Shown: positions 1 to 12,913, counted from the first letter of the stretch. The stretch: DNA of 64,000 nucleotides from the human T2T-CHM13v2.0 reference genome, Homo sapiens (GCF_009914755.1 NC_060932.1), one strand, 5' to 3'. Program-made: numbers and translations. Notes: generated by a model not told the origin, from the sequence alone.

Positions 1-136
1 AAGACAGAAGCATTCTGAGAAACTTATTTGTGATGTGTGTCCTCAACAAACGGACTTGAACCTTTCGTTTCATGCAGTACTTCTGGAACACTCTTTTTGA
101 AGATTCTGCATGCGGATATTTGGATAGCTTTGAGGA

Positions 137-153
137 TTTCGTTGGAAACGGTC
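137..153 (+). promoter_or_regulatory. Mutated CENP-B box, monomer A variant (CGGT)
   Basis: TTTCGTTGGAAACGGTC, G>T at 152. The same change is at 9156, 15611, 24615 and 38880. Confidence 0.9.
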
Positions 154-474
154 TTACATGTAAAAATTAGACAGCAGCATTCTCAGAAACTTCTTTGTGG
201 TGTCTGCATTCAAGTCACAGAATTGAACTTCCCCTCACATAGAGCAGTTGTGCAGCACTCTATTTGTAGTATCTGGAAGTGGACATTTGGAGGGCTTTGT
301 AGCCTATCTGGAAAAAGGAAATATCTTCCCATGAATGCGAGATAGAAGTAATCTCAGAAACATGTTTATGCTGTATCTAATCAACTAACTGTGCTGAACA
401 TTTCTATTGATAGAGCAGTTTTGAGACACTCTTCTTTTGGAATCTGCAAGTGGATATTTGGATAGATTTGAGGA

Positions 475-491
475 TTTCGTTGGAAACGGGA
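475..491 (+). promoter_or_regulatory. Intact CENP-B box, monomer C (representative of all C copies)
   Basis: TTTCGTTGGAAACGGGA matches nTTCGnnnnAnnCGGGn. Confidence 0.97.
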
Positions 492-813
492 TTATATATA
501 AAAAGTAGACAGCAGCATTCTCAGAAACTTCTTTGTGATGTTTGCATCCAGCTCTCAGAGTTGAACATTCCCTTTCATAGAGTAGGTTTGAAACCCTCTT
601 TTTATAGTGTCTGGAAGCGGGCATTTGGAGCGCTTTCAGGCCTATGCTTAAAATAGGAAATATCTACCTACAGAAACTAGACAGAAGCATTCTGAGAATC
701 ACGTTTGTGATGTGGGTACTCAACTAACAGTGTTGATCCATTCTTTTGATACAGCAGTTTTGAACCACACTTTTTGTAGAATCTGCAAGTGGATATTTGG
801 ATAGCTGTGAGGA

Positions 814-830
814 TTTCGTTGGAAACGGGA
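814..830 (+). promoter_or_regulatory. Intact CENP-B box, monomer E (representative)
   Basis: TTTCGTTGGAAACGGGA. Confidence 0.97.
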
Positions 831-984
831 ATGTCTTCATAGAAAATTTAGACAGAAGCATTCTCAGAACCTTGATTGTGATGTGTGTTCTCCACTAACA
901 GAGTTGAACCTTTCTTTTGACAGAACTGTTCTGAAACATTCTTTTTATAGAATCTGGAAGTGGATATTTGGAAAGCTTTGAGGA

Positions 985-1001
985 TTTCGTTGGAAACGGG
1001 A
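985..1001 (+). promoter_or_regulatory. Intact CENP-B box, monomer F (representative; only 171 bp from the E box)
   Basis: TTTCGTTGGAAACGGGA. Confidence 0.97.
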
Positions 1002-1326
1002 ATATCTTCAAATCAAATCTAGCCAGAAGCATTCTAAGAAACATCTTAGGGATGTTTACATTCAAGTCACAGAGTTGAACATTCCCTTTCACAGAGCAGG
1101 TTTGAAACAATCTTCTCGTACTATCTGGAAGTGGACATTTTGAGCTCCTTGGGGCCTATGCTGAAAAAGGAAATATCTTCCGACAAAAACTAGACAGAAG
1201 CATTCGCAGAATCACGTTTGTGATGTGTGCACTCAACTGTCAGAATTGAACCTTGGTTTGGACAGAGCACTTTTGAAACACTCTTTTTGTAGAATCTGCA
1301 GGTGGATATTTGGCTAGCTTTGAGGA

Positions 1327-1343
1327 TTTCGTTGGAAACGGTA
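1327..1343 (+). promoter_or_regulatory. Degenerate CENP-B box, monomer H (CGGT in every H copy read)
   Basis: TTTCGTTGGAAACGGTA: the last G of the core CGGG is T. Confidence 0.9.
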
Positions 1344-2007
1344 ATGTCTTCAAAGAAAATCTACACAGAAGCATTCTCAGAAACACCTTCGTGATGTTTG
1401 CAATCAAGTCACAGAGTTGAACCTTCCGTTTCATAGAGCAGGTTGGAAACACTCTTTTTGTAGTATCTGGAAGTGGACATTTGGAGGGCTTTGTAGCCTT
1501 TCTGGAAAAAGGAAATATCTTCCCATGAATGCGAGATAGAAGTAATCTCAGAAACATGTTTATGCTGTATCTACTCAACTAACTGTGCTGAACATTTCTA
1601 TTGATAGAGCAGTTTTGAGACACTCTTCTTTTGGAATCTGCAAGTGGATATTTGGATAGATTTGAGGATTTCGTTGGAAACGGGATTATATATAAAAAGT
1701 TGACAGCAGCATTCTCAGAAACTTCTTTGTGATGTTTGCATCCAGCTCTCAGAGTTGAACATTCCCTTTCATAGAGTAGGTTTGAAACCCTCTTTTTATA
1801 GTGTCTGGAAGCGGGCATTTGGAGCGCTTTCAGGCCTATGCTTAAAATAGGAAATATCTACCTACAGAAACTAGACAGAAGCATTCTGAGAATCACGTTT
1901 GTGATGTGGGTACTCAACTAACAGTGTTGATCCATTCTTTTGATACAGCAGTTTTGAACCACACTTTTTGTAGAATCTGCAAGAGGATATTTGGATAGCT
2001 GTGAGGA

Positions 2008-2024
2008 TTTCGTTGGAAACGGGA
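2008..2024 (+). promoter_or_regulatory. Intact CENP-B box, hybrid monomer E/H (representative)
   Basis: TTTCGTTGGAAACGGGA followed by the H-type tail ATGTCTTCAAAGAAAATCTAG. Confidence 0.96.
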
Positions 2025-2178
2025 ATGTCTTCAAAGAAAATCTAGACAGAAGCATTCTCAGAAACACCTTCGTGATGTTTGCAATCAAGTCACAGAGTTG
2101 AACCTTCCGTTTCATAGAGCAGGTTGGAAACACTCTTATTGTAGTATCTGGAAGTGGACATTTGGAGCGCTTTCAGGC

Positions 2179-2195
2179 CTATGGTGAAAAAGGAA
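2179..2195 (+). promoter_or_regulatory. pJ-alpha motif in A-type monomer I (representative; also monomer K at 2516-2532)
   Basis: CTATGGTGAAAAAGGAA matches the pJ-alpha box that occupies the CENP-B-box position in A-type monomers. Monomers B, D and G carry degenerate versions. Confidence 0.75.
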
Positions 2196-2348
2196 ATATC
2201 TTCCCATAAAAACGACATAGAAGCTATCTCAGGAACTTGTTTATGATGCATCTAATCAACTAACAGTGTTGAACCTTTGTACTGACAGAGCAGTTTGAAA
2301 CACTTTTTTTTTGGAATCTGCAAGTGGATATTTGGATCGCTTTGAGGA

Positions 2349-2365
2349 TTTCGTTGGAAACGGGA
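2349..2365 (+). promoter_or_regulatory. Intact CENP-B box, monomer J (representative)
   Basis: TTTCGTTGGAAACGGGA. Confidence 0.97.
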
Positions 2366-2560
2366 TGCAATATAAAACGTACACAGCAGCATACTCAGAA
2401 AATACTTTGCCATATTTCCATTCAAGTCACAGAGTGGAACATTCCCATTCATAGAGCAGGTTGGAAACACTCTTTTTGGAGTATCTGGAAGTGGACATTT
2501 GGAGCGCTTTCTGAACTATGGTGAAAAAGGAAATATCTTCCAATGAAAACAAGACAGAAG

Positions 2561-3916
2561 CATTCTGAGAAACTTATTTGTGATGTGTGTCCTCAACAAA
2601 CGGACTTGAACCTTTCGTTTCATGCAGTACTTCTGGAACACTCTTTTTGAAGATTCTGCATGCGGATATTTGGATAGCTTTGAGGATTTCGTTGGAAACG
2701 GGCTTACATGTAAAAATTAGACAGCAGCATTCTCAGAAACTTCTTTGTGGTGTCTGCATTCAAGTCACAGAATTGAACTTCCCCTCACATAGAGCAGTTG
2801 TGCAGCACTCTATTTGTAGTATCTGGAAGTGGACATTTGGAGGGCTTTGTAGCCTATCTGGAAAAAGGAAATATCTTCCCATGAATGCGAGATAGAAGTA
2901 ATCTCAGAAACATGTTTATGCTGTATCTACTCAACTAACTGTGCTGAACATTTCTATTGATAGAGCAGTTTTGAGACACTCTTCTTTTGGAATCTGCAAG
3001 TGGATATTTGGATAGATTTGAGGATTTCGTTGGAAACGGGATTATATATAAAAAGTAGACAGCAGCATTCTCAGAAACTTCTTTGTGATGTTTGCATCCA
3101 GCTCTCAGAGTTGAACATTCCCTTTCATAGAGTAGGTTTGAAACCCTCTTTTTATAGTGTCTGGAAGCGGGCATTTGGAGCGCTTTCAGGCCTATGCTTA
3201 AAATAGGAAATATCTACCTACAGAAACTAGACAGAAGCATTCTGAGAATCACGTTTGTGATGTGGGTACTCAACTAACAGTGTTGATCCATTCTTTTGAT
3301 ACAGCAGTTTTGAACCACACTTTTTGTAGAATCTGCAAGAGGATATTTGGATAGCTGTGAGGATTTCGTTGGAAACGGGAATGTCTTCAAAGAAAATCTA
3401 GACAGAAGCATTCTCAGAAACACCTTCGTGATGTTTGCAATCAAGTCACAGAGTTGAACCTTCCGTTTCATAGAGCAGGTTGGAAACACTCTTATTGTAG
3501 TATCTGGAAGTGGACATTTGGAGCGCTTTCAGGCCTATGGTGAAAAAGGAAATATCTTCCCATAAAAACGACATAGAAGCTATCTCAGGAACTTGTTTAT
3601 GATGCATCTAATCAACTAACAGTGTTGAACCTTTGTACTGACAGAGCAGTTTGAAACACTCTTTTTTTGGAATCTGCAAGTGGATATTTGGATCGCTTTG
3701 AGGATTTCGTTGGAAACGGGATGCAATATAAAACGTACACAGCAGCATACTCAGAAAATACTTTGCCATATTTCCATTCAAGTCACAGAGTGGAACATTC
3801 CCATTCATAGAGCAGGTTGGAAACACTCTTTTTGGAGTATCTGGAAGTGGACATTTGGAGCGCTTTCTGAACTATGGTGAAAAAGGAAATATCTTCCAAT
3901 GAAAACAAGACAGAAG
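2561..3916 (+). repeat. Representative 8-mer HOR (A-B-C-D'-E/H-I-J-K), 1356 bp
   Basis: A-to-A spacing is 1356 bp. It lacks F, G and most of H. Diagnostic alleles are GCTTAAAATAGG (D'), GCAAGAGG (E/H) and CTCTTATTG (I). Confidence 0.95.
2687..2703 (+). promoter_or_regulatory. CENP-B box, monomer A, common allele with intact core
   Basis: TTTCGTTGGAAACGGGC: all nine core positions are kept; only the terminal non-core base differs. Confidence 0.9.
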
Positions 3917-6465
3917 CATTCTGAGAAACTTATTTGTGATGTGTGTCCTCAACAAACGGACTTGAACCTTTCGTTTCATGCAGTACTTCTGGAACACTCT
4001 TTTTGAAGATTCTGCATGCGGATATTTGGATAGCTTTGAGGATTTCGTTGGAAACGGGCTTACATGTAAAAATTAGACAGCAGCATTCTCAGAAACTTCT
4101 TTGTGGTGTCTGCATTCAAGTCACAGAATTGAACTTCCCCTCACATAGAGCAGTTGTGCAGCACTCTATTTGTAGTATCTGGAAGTGGACATTTGGAGGG
4201 CTTTGTAGCCTATCTGGAAAAAGGAAATATCTTCCCATGAATGCGAGATAGAAGTAATCTCAGAAACATGTTTATGCTGTATCTACTCAACTAACTGTGC
4301 TGAACATTTCTATTGATAGAGCAGTTTTGAGACACTCTTCTTTTGGAATCTGCAAGTGGATATTTGGATAGATTTGAGGATTTCGTTGGAAACGGGATTA
4401 TATATAAAAAGTAGACAGCAGCATTCTCAGAAACTTCTTTGTGATGTTTGCATCCAGCTCTCAGAGTTGAACATTCCCTTTCATAGAGTAGGTTTGAAAC
4501 CCTCTTTTTATAGTGTCTGGAAGCGGGCATTTGGAGCGCTTTCAGGCCTATGCTGAAAAAGGAAATATCTACCTATAGAAACTAGACAGAAGCATTCTGA
4601 GAATCACGTTTGTGATGTGGGTACTCAACTAACAGTGTTGATCCATTCTTTTGATACAGCAGTTTTGAACCACACTTTTTGTAGAATCTGCAAGTGGATA
4701 TTTGGATAGCTGTGAGGATTTCGTTGGAAACGGGAATGTCTTCATAGAAAATTTAGACAGAAGCATTCTCAGAACCTTGATTGTGATGTGTGTTCTCCAC
4801 TAACAGAGTTGAACCTTTCTTTTGACAGAACTGTTCTGAAACATTCTTTTTATAGAATCTGGAAGTGGATATTTGGAAAGCTTTGAGGATTTCGTTGGAA
4901 ACGGGAATATCTTCAAATCAAATCTAGCCAGAAGCATTCTAAGAAATATCTTAGGGATGTTTACATTCAAGTCACAGAGTTGAACATTCCCTTTCACAGA
5001 GCAGGTTTGAAACAATCTTCTCGTACTATCTGGCAGTGGACATTTTGAGCTCCTTGGGGCCTATGCTGAAAAAGGAAATATCTTCCGACAAAAACTAGAC
5101 AGAAGCATTCGCAGAATCACGTTTGTGATGTGTGCACTCAACTGTCAGAATTGAACCTTGGTTTGGACAGAGCACTTTTGAAACACTCTTTTTGTAGAAT
5201 CTGCAGGTGGATATTTGGCTAGCTTTGAGGATTTCGTTGGAAACGGTAATGTCTTCAAAGAAAATCTAGACAGAAGCATTCTCAGAAACAACTTCGTGAT
5301 GTTTGCAATCAAGTCACAGAGTTGAACCTTCCGTTTCATAGAGCAGGTTGGAAACACTCTTTTTGTAGTATCTGGAAGTGGACATTTGGAGGGCTTTGTA
5401 GCCTATCTGGAAAAAGGAAATATCTTCCCATGAATGCGAGATAGAAGTAATCTCAGAAACATGTTTATGCTGTATCTACTCAACTAACTGTGCTGAACAT
5501 TTCTATTGATAGAGCAGTTTTGAGACACTCTTCTTTTGGAATCTGCAAGTGGATATTTGGATAGATTTGAGGATTTCGTTGGAAACGGGATTATATATCA
5601 AAAGTAGACAGCAGCATTCTCAGAAACTTCTTTGTGATGTTTGCATCCAGCTCTCAGAGTTGAACATTCCCTTTCATAGAGTAGGTTTGAAACCCTCTTT
5701 TTATAGTGTCTGGAAGCGGGCATTTGGAGCGCTTTCAGGCCTATGCTTAAAATAGGAAATATCTACCTACAGAAACTAGACAGAAGCATTCTGAGAATCA
5801 CGTTTGTGATGTGGGTACTCAACTAACAGTGTTGATCCATTCTTTTGATACAGCAGTTTTGAACCACACTTTTTGTAGAATCTGCAAGAGGATATTTGGA
5901 TAGCTGTGAGGATTTCGTTGGAAACGGGAATGTCTTCAAAGAAAATCTAGACAGAAGCATTCTCAGAAACACCTTCGTGATGTTTGCAATCAAGTCACAG
6001 AGTTGAACCTTCCGTTTCATAGAGCAGGTTGGAAACACTCTTATTGTAGTATCTGGAAGTGGACATTTGGAGCGCTTTCAGGCCTATGGTGAAAAAGGAA
6101 ATATCTTCCCATAAAAACGACATAGAAGCTATCTCAGGAACTTGTTTATGATGCATCTAATCAACTAACAGTGTTGAACCTTTCTACTGACAGAGCAGTT
6201 TGAAACACTCTTTTTTTGGAATCTGCAAGTGGATATTTGGATCGCTTTGAGGATTTCGTTGGAAACGGGATGCAATATAAAACGTACACAGCAGCATACT
6301 CAGAAAATACTTTGCCATATTTCCATTCAAGTCACAGAGTGGAACATTCCCATTCATAGAGCAGGTTGGAAACACTCTTTTTGGAGTATCTGGAAGTGGA
6401 CATTTGGAGCGCTTTCTGAACTATGGTGAAAAAGGAAATATCTTCCAATGAAAACAACACAGAAG
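3917..6465 (+). repeat. Representative 15-mer composite HOR (7-mer + 8-mer), 2549 bp
   Basis: A-to-A spacing is 2549 bp = 1193+1356. Order: A B C D E F G H I/B C D' E/H I J K. Confidence 0.93.
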
Positions 6466-9400
6466 CATTCTGAGAAACTTATTTGTGATGTGTGTCCTCA
6501 ACAAACGGACTTGAACCTTTCGTTTCATGCAGTACTTCTGGAACACTCTTTTTGAAGATTCTGCATGCGGATATTTGGATAGCTTTGAGGATTTCGTTGG
6601 AAACGGGCTTACATGTAAAAATTAGACAGCAGCATTCTCAGAAACTTCTTTGTGGTGTCTGCATTCAAGTCACAGAATTGAACTTCCCCTCACATAGAGC
6701 AGTTGTGCAGCACTCTATTTGTAGTATCTGGAAGTGGACATTTGGAGGGCTTTGTAGCCTATCTGGAAAAAGGAAATATCTTCCCATGAATGCGAGATAG
6801 AAGTAATCTCAGAAACATGTTTATGCTGTATCTACTCAACTAACTGTGCTGAACATTTCTATTGATAGAGCAGTTTTGAGACACTCTTCTTTTGGAATCT
6901 GCAAGTGGATATTTGGATAGATTTGAGGATTTCGTTGGAAACGGGATTATATATAAAAAGTAGACAGCAGCATTCTCAGAAACTTCTTTGTGATGTTTGC
7001 ATCCAGCTCTCAGAGTTGAACATTCCCTTTCATAGAGTAGGTTTGAAACCCTCTTTTTATAGTGTCTGGAAGCGGGCATTTGGAGCGCTTTCAGGCCTAT
7101 GCTGAAAAAGGAAATATCTACCTATAGAAACTAGACAGAAGCATTCTGAGAATCACGTTTGTGATGTGGGTACTCAACTAACAGTGTTGATCCATTCTTT
7201 TGATACAGCAGTTTTGAACCACACTTTTTGTAGAATCTGCAAGTGGATATTTGGATAGCTGTGAGGATTTCGTTGGAAACGGGAATGTCTTCATAGAAAA
7301 TTTAGACAGAAGCATTCTCAGAACCTTGATTGTGATGTGTGTTCTCCACTAACAGAGTTGAACCTTTCTTTTGACAGAACTGTTCTGAAACATTCTTTTT
7401 ATAGAATCTGGAAGTGGATATTTGGAAAGCTTTGAGGATTTCGTTGGAAACGGGAATATCTTCAAATCAAATCTAGCCAGAAGCATTCTAAGAAATATCT
7501 TAGGGATGTTTACATTCAAGTCACAGAGTTGAACATTCCCTTTCACAGAGCAGGTTTGAAACAATCTTCTCGTACTATCTGGCAGTGGACATTTTGAGCT
7601 CCTTGGGGCCTATGCTGAAAAAGGAAATATCTTCCGACAAAAACTAGACAGAAGCATTCGCAGAATCACGTTTGTGATGTGTGCACTCAACTGTCAGAAT
7701 TGAACCTTGGTTTGGACAGAGCACTTTTGAAACACTCTTTTTGTAGAATCTGCAGGTGGATATTTGGCTAGCTTTGAGGATTTCGTTGGAAACGGTAATG
7801 TCTTCAAAGAAAATCTAAACAGAAGCATTCTCAGAAACACCTTCGTGATGTTTGCAATCAAGTCACAGAGTTGAACCTTCCGTTTCATAGAGCAGGTTGG
7901 AAACACTCTTTTTGTAGTATCTGGAAGTGGACATTTGGAGGGCTTTGTAGCCTATCTGGAAAAAGGAAATATCTTCCCATGAATGCGAGATAGAAGTAAT
8001 CTCAGAAACATGTTTATGCTGTATCTACTCAACTAACTGTGCTGAACATTTCTATTGATAGAGCAGTTTTGAGACACTCTTCTTTTGGAATCTGCAAGTG
8101 GATATTTGGATAGATTTGAGGATTTCGTTGGAAACGGGATTATATATCAAAAGTAGACAGCAGCATTCTCAGAAACTTCTTTGTGATGTTTGCATCCAGC
8201 TCTCAGAGTTGGACATTCCCTTTCATAGAGTAGGTTTGAAACCCTCTTTTTATAGTGTCTGGAAGCGGGCATTTGGAGCGCTTTCAGGCCTATGCTTAAA
8301 ATAGGAAATATCTACCTACAGAAACTAGACAGAAGCATTCTGAGAATCACGTTTGTGATGTGGGTACTCAACTAACAGTGTTGATCCATTCTTTTGATAC
8401 AGCAGTTTTGAACCACACTTTTTGTAGAATCTGCAAGAGGATATTTGGATAGCTGTGAGGATTTCGTTGGAAACGGGAATGTCTTCAAAGAAAATCTAGA
8501 CAGAAGCATTCTCAGAAACACCTTCGTGATGTTTGCAATCAAGTCACAGAGTTGAACCTTCCGTTTCATAGAGCAGGTTGGAAACACTCTTATTGTAGTA
8601 TCTGGAAGTGGACATTTGGAGCGCTTTCAGGCCTATGGTGAAAAAGGAAATATCTTCCCATAAAAACGACATAGAAGCTATCTCAGGAACTTGTTTATGA
8701 TGCATCTAATCAACTAACAGTGTTGAACCTTTGTACTGACAGAGCAGTTTGAAACACTCTTTTTTTGGAATCTGCAAGTGGATATTTGGATCGCTTTGAG
8801 GATTTCGTTGGAAACGGGATGCAATATAAAACGTACACAGCAGCATACTCAGAAAATACTTTGCCATATTTCCATTCAAGTCACAGAGTGGAACATTCCC
8901 ATTCATAGAGCAGGTTGGAAACACTCTTTTTGGAGTATCTGGAAGTGGACATTTGGAGCGCTTTCTGAACTATGGTGAAAAAGGAAATATCTTCCAATGA
9001 AAACAACACAGAAGCATTCTGAGAAACTTATTTGTGATGTGTGTCCTCAACAAACGGACTTGAACCTTTCGTTTCATGCAGTACTTCTGGAACACTCTTT
9101 TTGAAGATTCTGCATGCGGATATTTGGATAGCTTTGAGGATTTCGTTGGAAACGGTCTTACATGTAAAAATTAGACAGCAGCATTCTCAGAAACTTCTTT
9201 GTGGTGTCTGCATTCAAGTCACAGAATTTAACTTCCCCTCACATAGAGCAGTTGTGCAGCACTCTATTTGTAGTATCTGGAAGTGGACATTTGGAGGGCT
9301 TTGTAGCCTATCTGGAAAAAGGAAATATCTTCCCATGAATGCGAGATAGAAGTAATCTCAGAAACATGTTTATGCTGTATCTAATCAACTAACTGTGCTG

Positions 9401-12400
9401 AACATTTCTATTGATAGAGCAGTTTTGAGACACTCTTCTTTTGGAATCTGCAAGTGGATATTTGGATAGATTTGAGGATTTCGTTGGAAACGGGATTATA
9501 TATAAAAAGTAGACAGCAGCATTCTCAGAAACTTCTTTGTGATGTTTGCATCCAGCTCTCAGAGTTGAACATTCCCTTTCATAGAGTAGGTTTGAAACCC
9601 TCTTTTTATAGTGTCTGGAAGCGGGCATTTGGAGCGCTTTCAGGCCTATGCTTAAAATAGGAAATATCTACCTACAGAAACTAGACAGAAGCATTCTGAG
9701 AATCACGTTTGTGATGTGGGTACTCAACTAACAGTGTTGATCCATTCTTTTGATACAGCAGTTTTGAACCACACTTTTTGTAGAATCTGCAATTGGATAT
9801 TTGGATAGCTGTGAGGATTTCGTTGGAAACGGGAATGTCTTCATAGAAAATTTAGACAGAAGCATTCTCAGAACCTTGATTGTGATGTGTGTTCTCCACT
9901 AACAGAGTTGAACCTTTCTTTTGACAGAACTGTTCTGAAACATTCTTTTTATAGAATCTGGAAGTGGATATTTGGAAAGCTTTGAGGATTTCGTTGGAAA
10001 CGGGAATATCTTCAAATAAAATCTAGCCAGAAGCATTCTAAGAAACATCTTAGGGATGTTTACATTCAAGTCACAGAGTTGAACATTCCCTTTCACAGAG
10101 CAGGTTTGAAACAATCTTCTCGTACTATCTGGAAGTGGACATTTTGAGCTCCTTGGGGCCTATGCTGAAAAAGGAAATATCTTCCGACAAAAACTAGACA
10201 GAAGCATTCGCAGAATCACGTTTGTGATGTGTGCACTCAACTGTCAGAATTGAACCTTGGTTTGGACAGAGCACTTTTGAAACACTCTTTTTGTAGAATC
10301 TGCAGGTGGATATTTGGCTAGCTTTGAGGATTTCGTTGGAAACGGTAATGTCTTCAAAGAAAATCTACACAGAAGCATTCTCAGAAACACCTTCGTGATG
10401 TTTGCAATCAAGTCACAGAGTTGAACCTTCCGTTTCATAGAGCAGGTTGGAAACACTCTTTTTGTAGTATCTGGAAGTGGACATTTGGAGGGCTTTGTAG
10501 CCTTTCTGGAAAAAGGAAATATCTTCCCATGAATGCGAGATAGAAGTAATCTCAGAAACATGTTTATGCTGTATCTACTCAACTAACTGTGCTGAACATT
10601 TCTATTGATAGAGCAGTTTTGAGACACTCTTCTTTTGGAATCTGCAAGTGGATATTTGGATAGATTTGAGGATTTCGTTGGAAACGGGATTATATATAAA
10701 AAGTTGACAGCAGCATTCTCAGAAACTTCTTTGTGATATTTGCATCCAGCTCTCAGAGTTGAACATTCCCTTTCATAGAGTAGGTTTGAAACCCTCTTTT
10801 TATAGTGTCTGGAAGCGGGCATTTGGAGCGCTTTCAGGCCTATGCTTAAAATAGGAAATATCTACCTACAGAAACTAGACAGAAGCATTCTGAGAATCAC
10901 GTTTGTGATGTGGGTACTCAACTAACAGTGTTGATCCATTCTTTTGATACAGCAGTTTTGAACCACACTTTTTGTAGAATCTGCAAGAGGATATTTGGAT
11001 AGCTGTGAGGATTTCGTTGGAAACGGGAATGTCTTCAAAGAAAATCTAGACAGAAGCATTCTCAGAAACACCTTCGTGATGTTTGCAATCAAGTCACAGA
11101 GTTGAACCTTCCGTTTCATAGAGCAGGTTGGAAACACTCTTATTGTAGTATCTGGAAGTGGACATTTGGAGCGCTTTCAGGCCTATGGTGAAAAAGGAAA
11201 TATCTTCCCATAAAAACGACATAGAAGCTATCTCAGGAACTTGTTTATGATGCATCTAATCAACTAACAGTGTTGAACCTTTGTACTGACAGAGCAGTTT
11301 GAAACACTCTTTTTTTGGAATCTGCAAGTGGATATTTGGATCGCTTTGAGGATTTCGTTGGAAACGGGATGCAATATAAAACGTACACAGCAGCATACTC
11401 AGAAAATACTTTGCCATATTTCCATTCAAGTCACAGAGTGGAACATTCCCATTCATAGAGCAGGTTTGAAACACTCTTTTTGGAGTATCTGGAAGTGGAC
11501 ATTTGGAGCGCTTTCTGAACTATGGTGAAAAAGGAAATATCTTCCAATGAAAACAAGACAGAAGCATTCTGAGAAACTTATTTGTGATGTGTGTCCTCAA
11601 CAAACGGACTTGAACCTTTCGTTTCATGCAGTACTTCTGGAACACTCTTTTTGAAGATTCTGCATGCGGATATTTGGATAGCTTTGAGGATTTCGTTGGA
11701 AACGGGCTTACATGTAAAAATTAGACAGCAGCATTCTCAGAAACTTCTTTGTGGTGTCTGCATTCAAGTCACAGAATTGAACTTCCCCTCACATAGAGCA
11801 GTTGTGCAGCACTCTATTTGTAGTATCTGGAAGTGGACATTTGGAGGGCTTTGTAGCCTATGTGGAAAAAGGAAATATCTTCCCATGAATGCGAGATAGA
11901 AGTAATCTCAGAAACATGTTTATGCTGTATCTACTCAACTAACTGTGCTGAACATTTCTATTGATAGAGCAGTTTTGAGACACTCTTCTTTTGGAATCTG
12001 CAAGTGGATATTTGGATAGATTTGAGGATTTCGTTGGAAACGGGATTATATATCAAAAGTAGACAGCAGCATTCTCAGAAACTTCTTTGTGATGTTTGCA
12101 TCCAGCTCTCAGAGTTGAACATTCCCTTTCATAGAGTAGGTTTGAAACCCTCTTTTTATAGTGTCTGGAAGCGGGCATTTGGAGCGCTTTCAGGCCTATG
12201 CTTAAAATAGGAAATATCTACCTACAGAAACTAGACAGAAGCATTCTGAGAATCACGTTTGTGATGTGGGTACTCAACTAACAGTGTTGATCCATTCTTT
12301 TGATACAGCAGTTTTGAACCACACTTTTTGTAGAATCTGCAAGAGGATATTTGGATAGCTGTGAGGATTTCGTTGGAAACGGGAATGTCTTCAAAGAAAA

Positions 12401-12913
12401 TCTAGACAGAAGCATTCTCAGAAACACCTTCGTGATGTTTGCAATCAAGTCACAGAGTTGAACCTTCCGTTTCATAGAGCAGGTTGGAAACACTCTTATT
12501 GTAGTATCTGGAAGTGGACATTTGGAGCGCTTTCAGGCCTATGGTGAAAAAGGAAATATCTTCCCATAAAAACGACATAGAAGCTATCTCAGGAACTTGT
12601 TTATGATGCATCTAATCAACTAACAGTGTTGAACCTTTGTACTGACAGAGCAGTTTGAAACACTCTTTTTTTGGAATCTGCAAGTGGATATTTGGATCGC
12701 TTTGAGGATTTCGTTGGAAACGGGATGCAATATAAAACGTACACAGCAGCATACTCAGAAAATACTTTGCCATATTTCCATTCAAGTCACAGAGTGGAAC
12801 ATTCCCATTCATAGAGCAGGTTGGAAACACTCTTTTTGGAGTATCTGGAAGTGGACATTTGGAGCGCTTTCTGAACTATGGTGAAAAAGGAAATATCTTC
12901 CAATGAAAACAAG

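Larger units (their letters stand above)
11..2560 (+). repeat. Variant 15-mer, 2550 bp subtype (also 9015-11564, 15470-18019, 24474-27023, 38739-41288)
   Basis: It carries the 1-bp longer D' allele in both halves, plus linked alleles ACGGTCTTAC (152) and TCTAATCAAC (380). Confidence 0.92.

Noticed and set aside
137-148. Imperfect dyad TTTCGTTGGAAA and short palindromes (ACATGT, GAGCTC, GTGCAC, AGCGCT) as cruciform candidates
   Set aside because: The arms are too short and are ordinary features of alphoid monomers. I saw no long inverted repeat.
491-505. TATATATAAAAAG, TATA-box-like motif after the monomer C CENP-B box
   Set aside because: It is a fixed part of monomer C in AT-rich satellite. 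Sequence alone gives no support for promoter function.
1240-1578. Longest ORF (112 aa), present in only six units
   Set aside because: It results from the single GCCTAT>GCCTTT variant removing a minus-strand stop codon, so it is a haplotype marker and not a gene.
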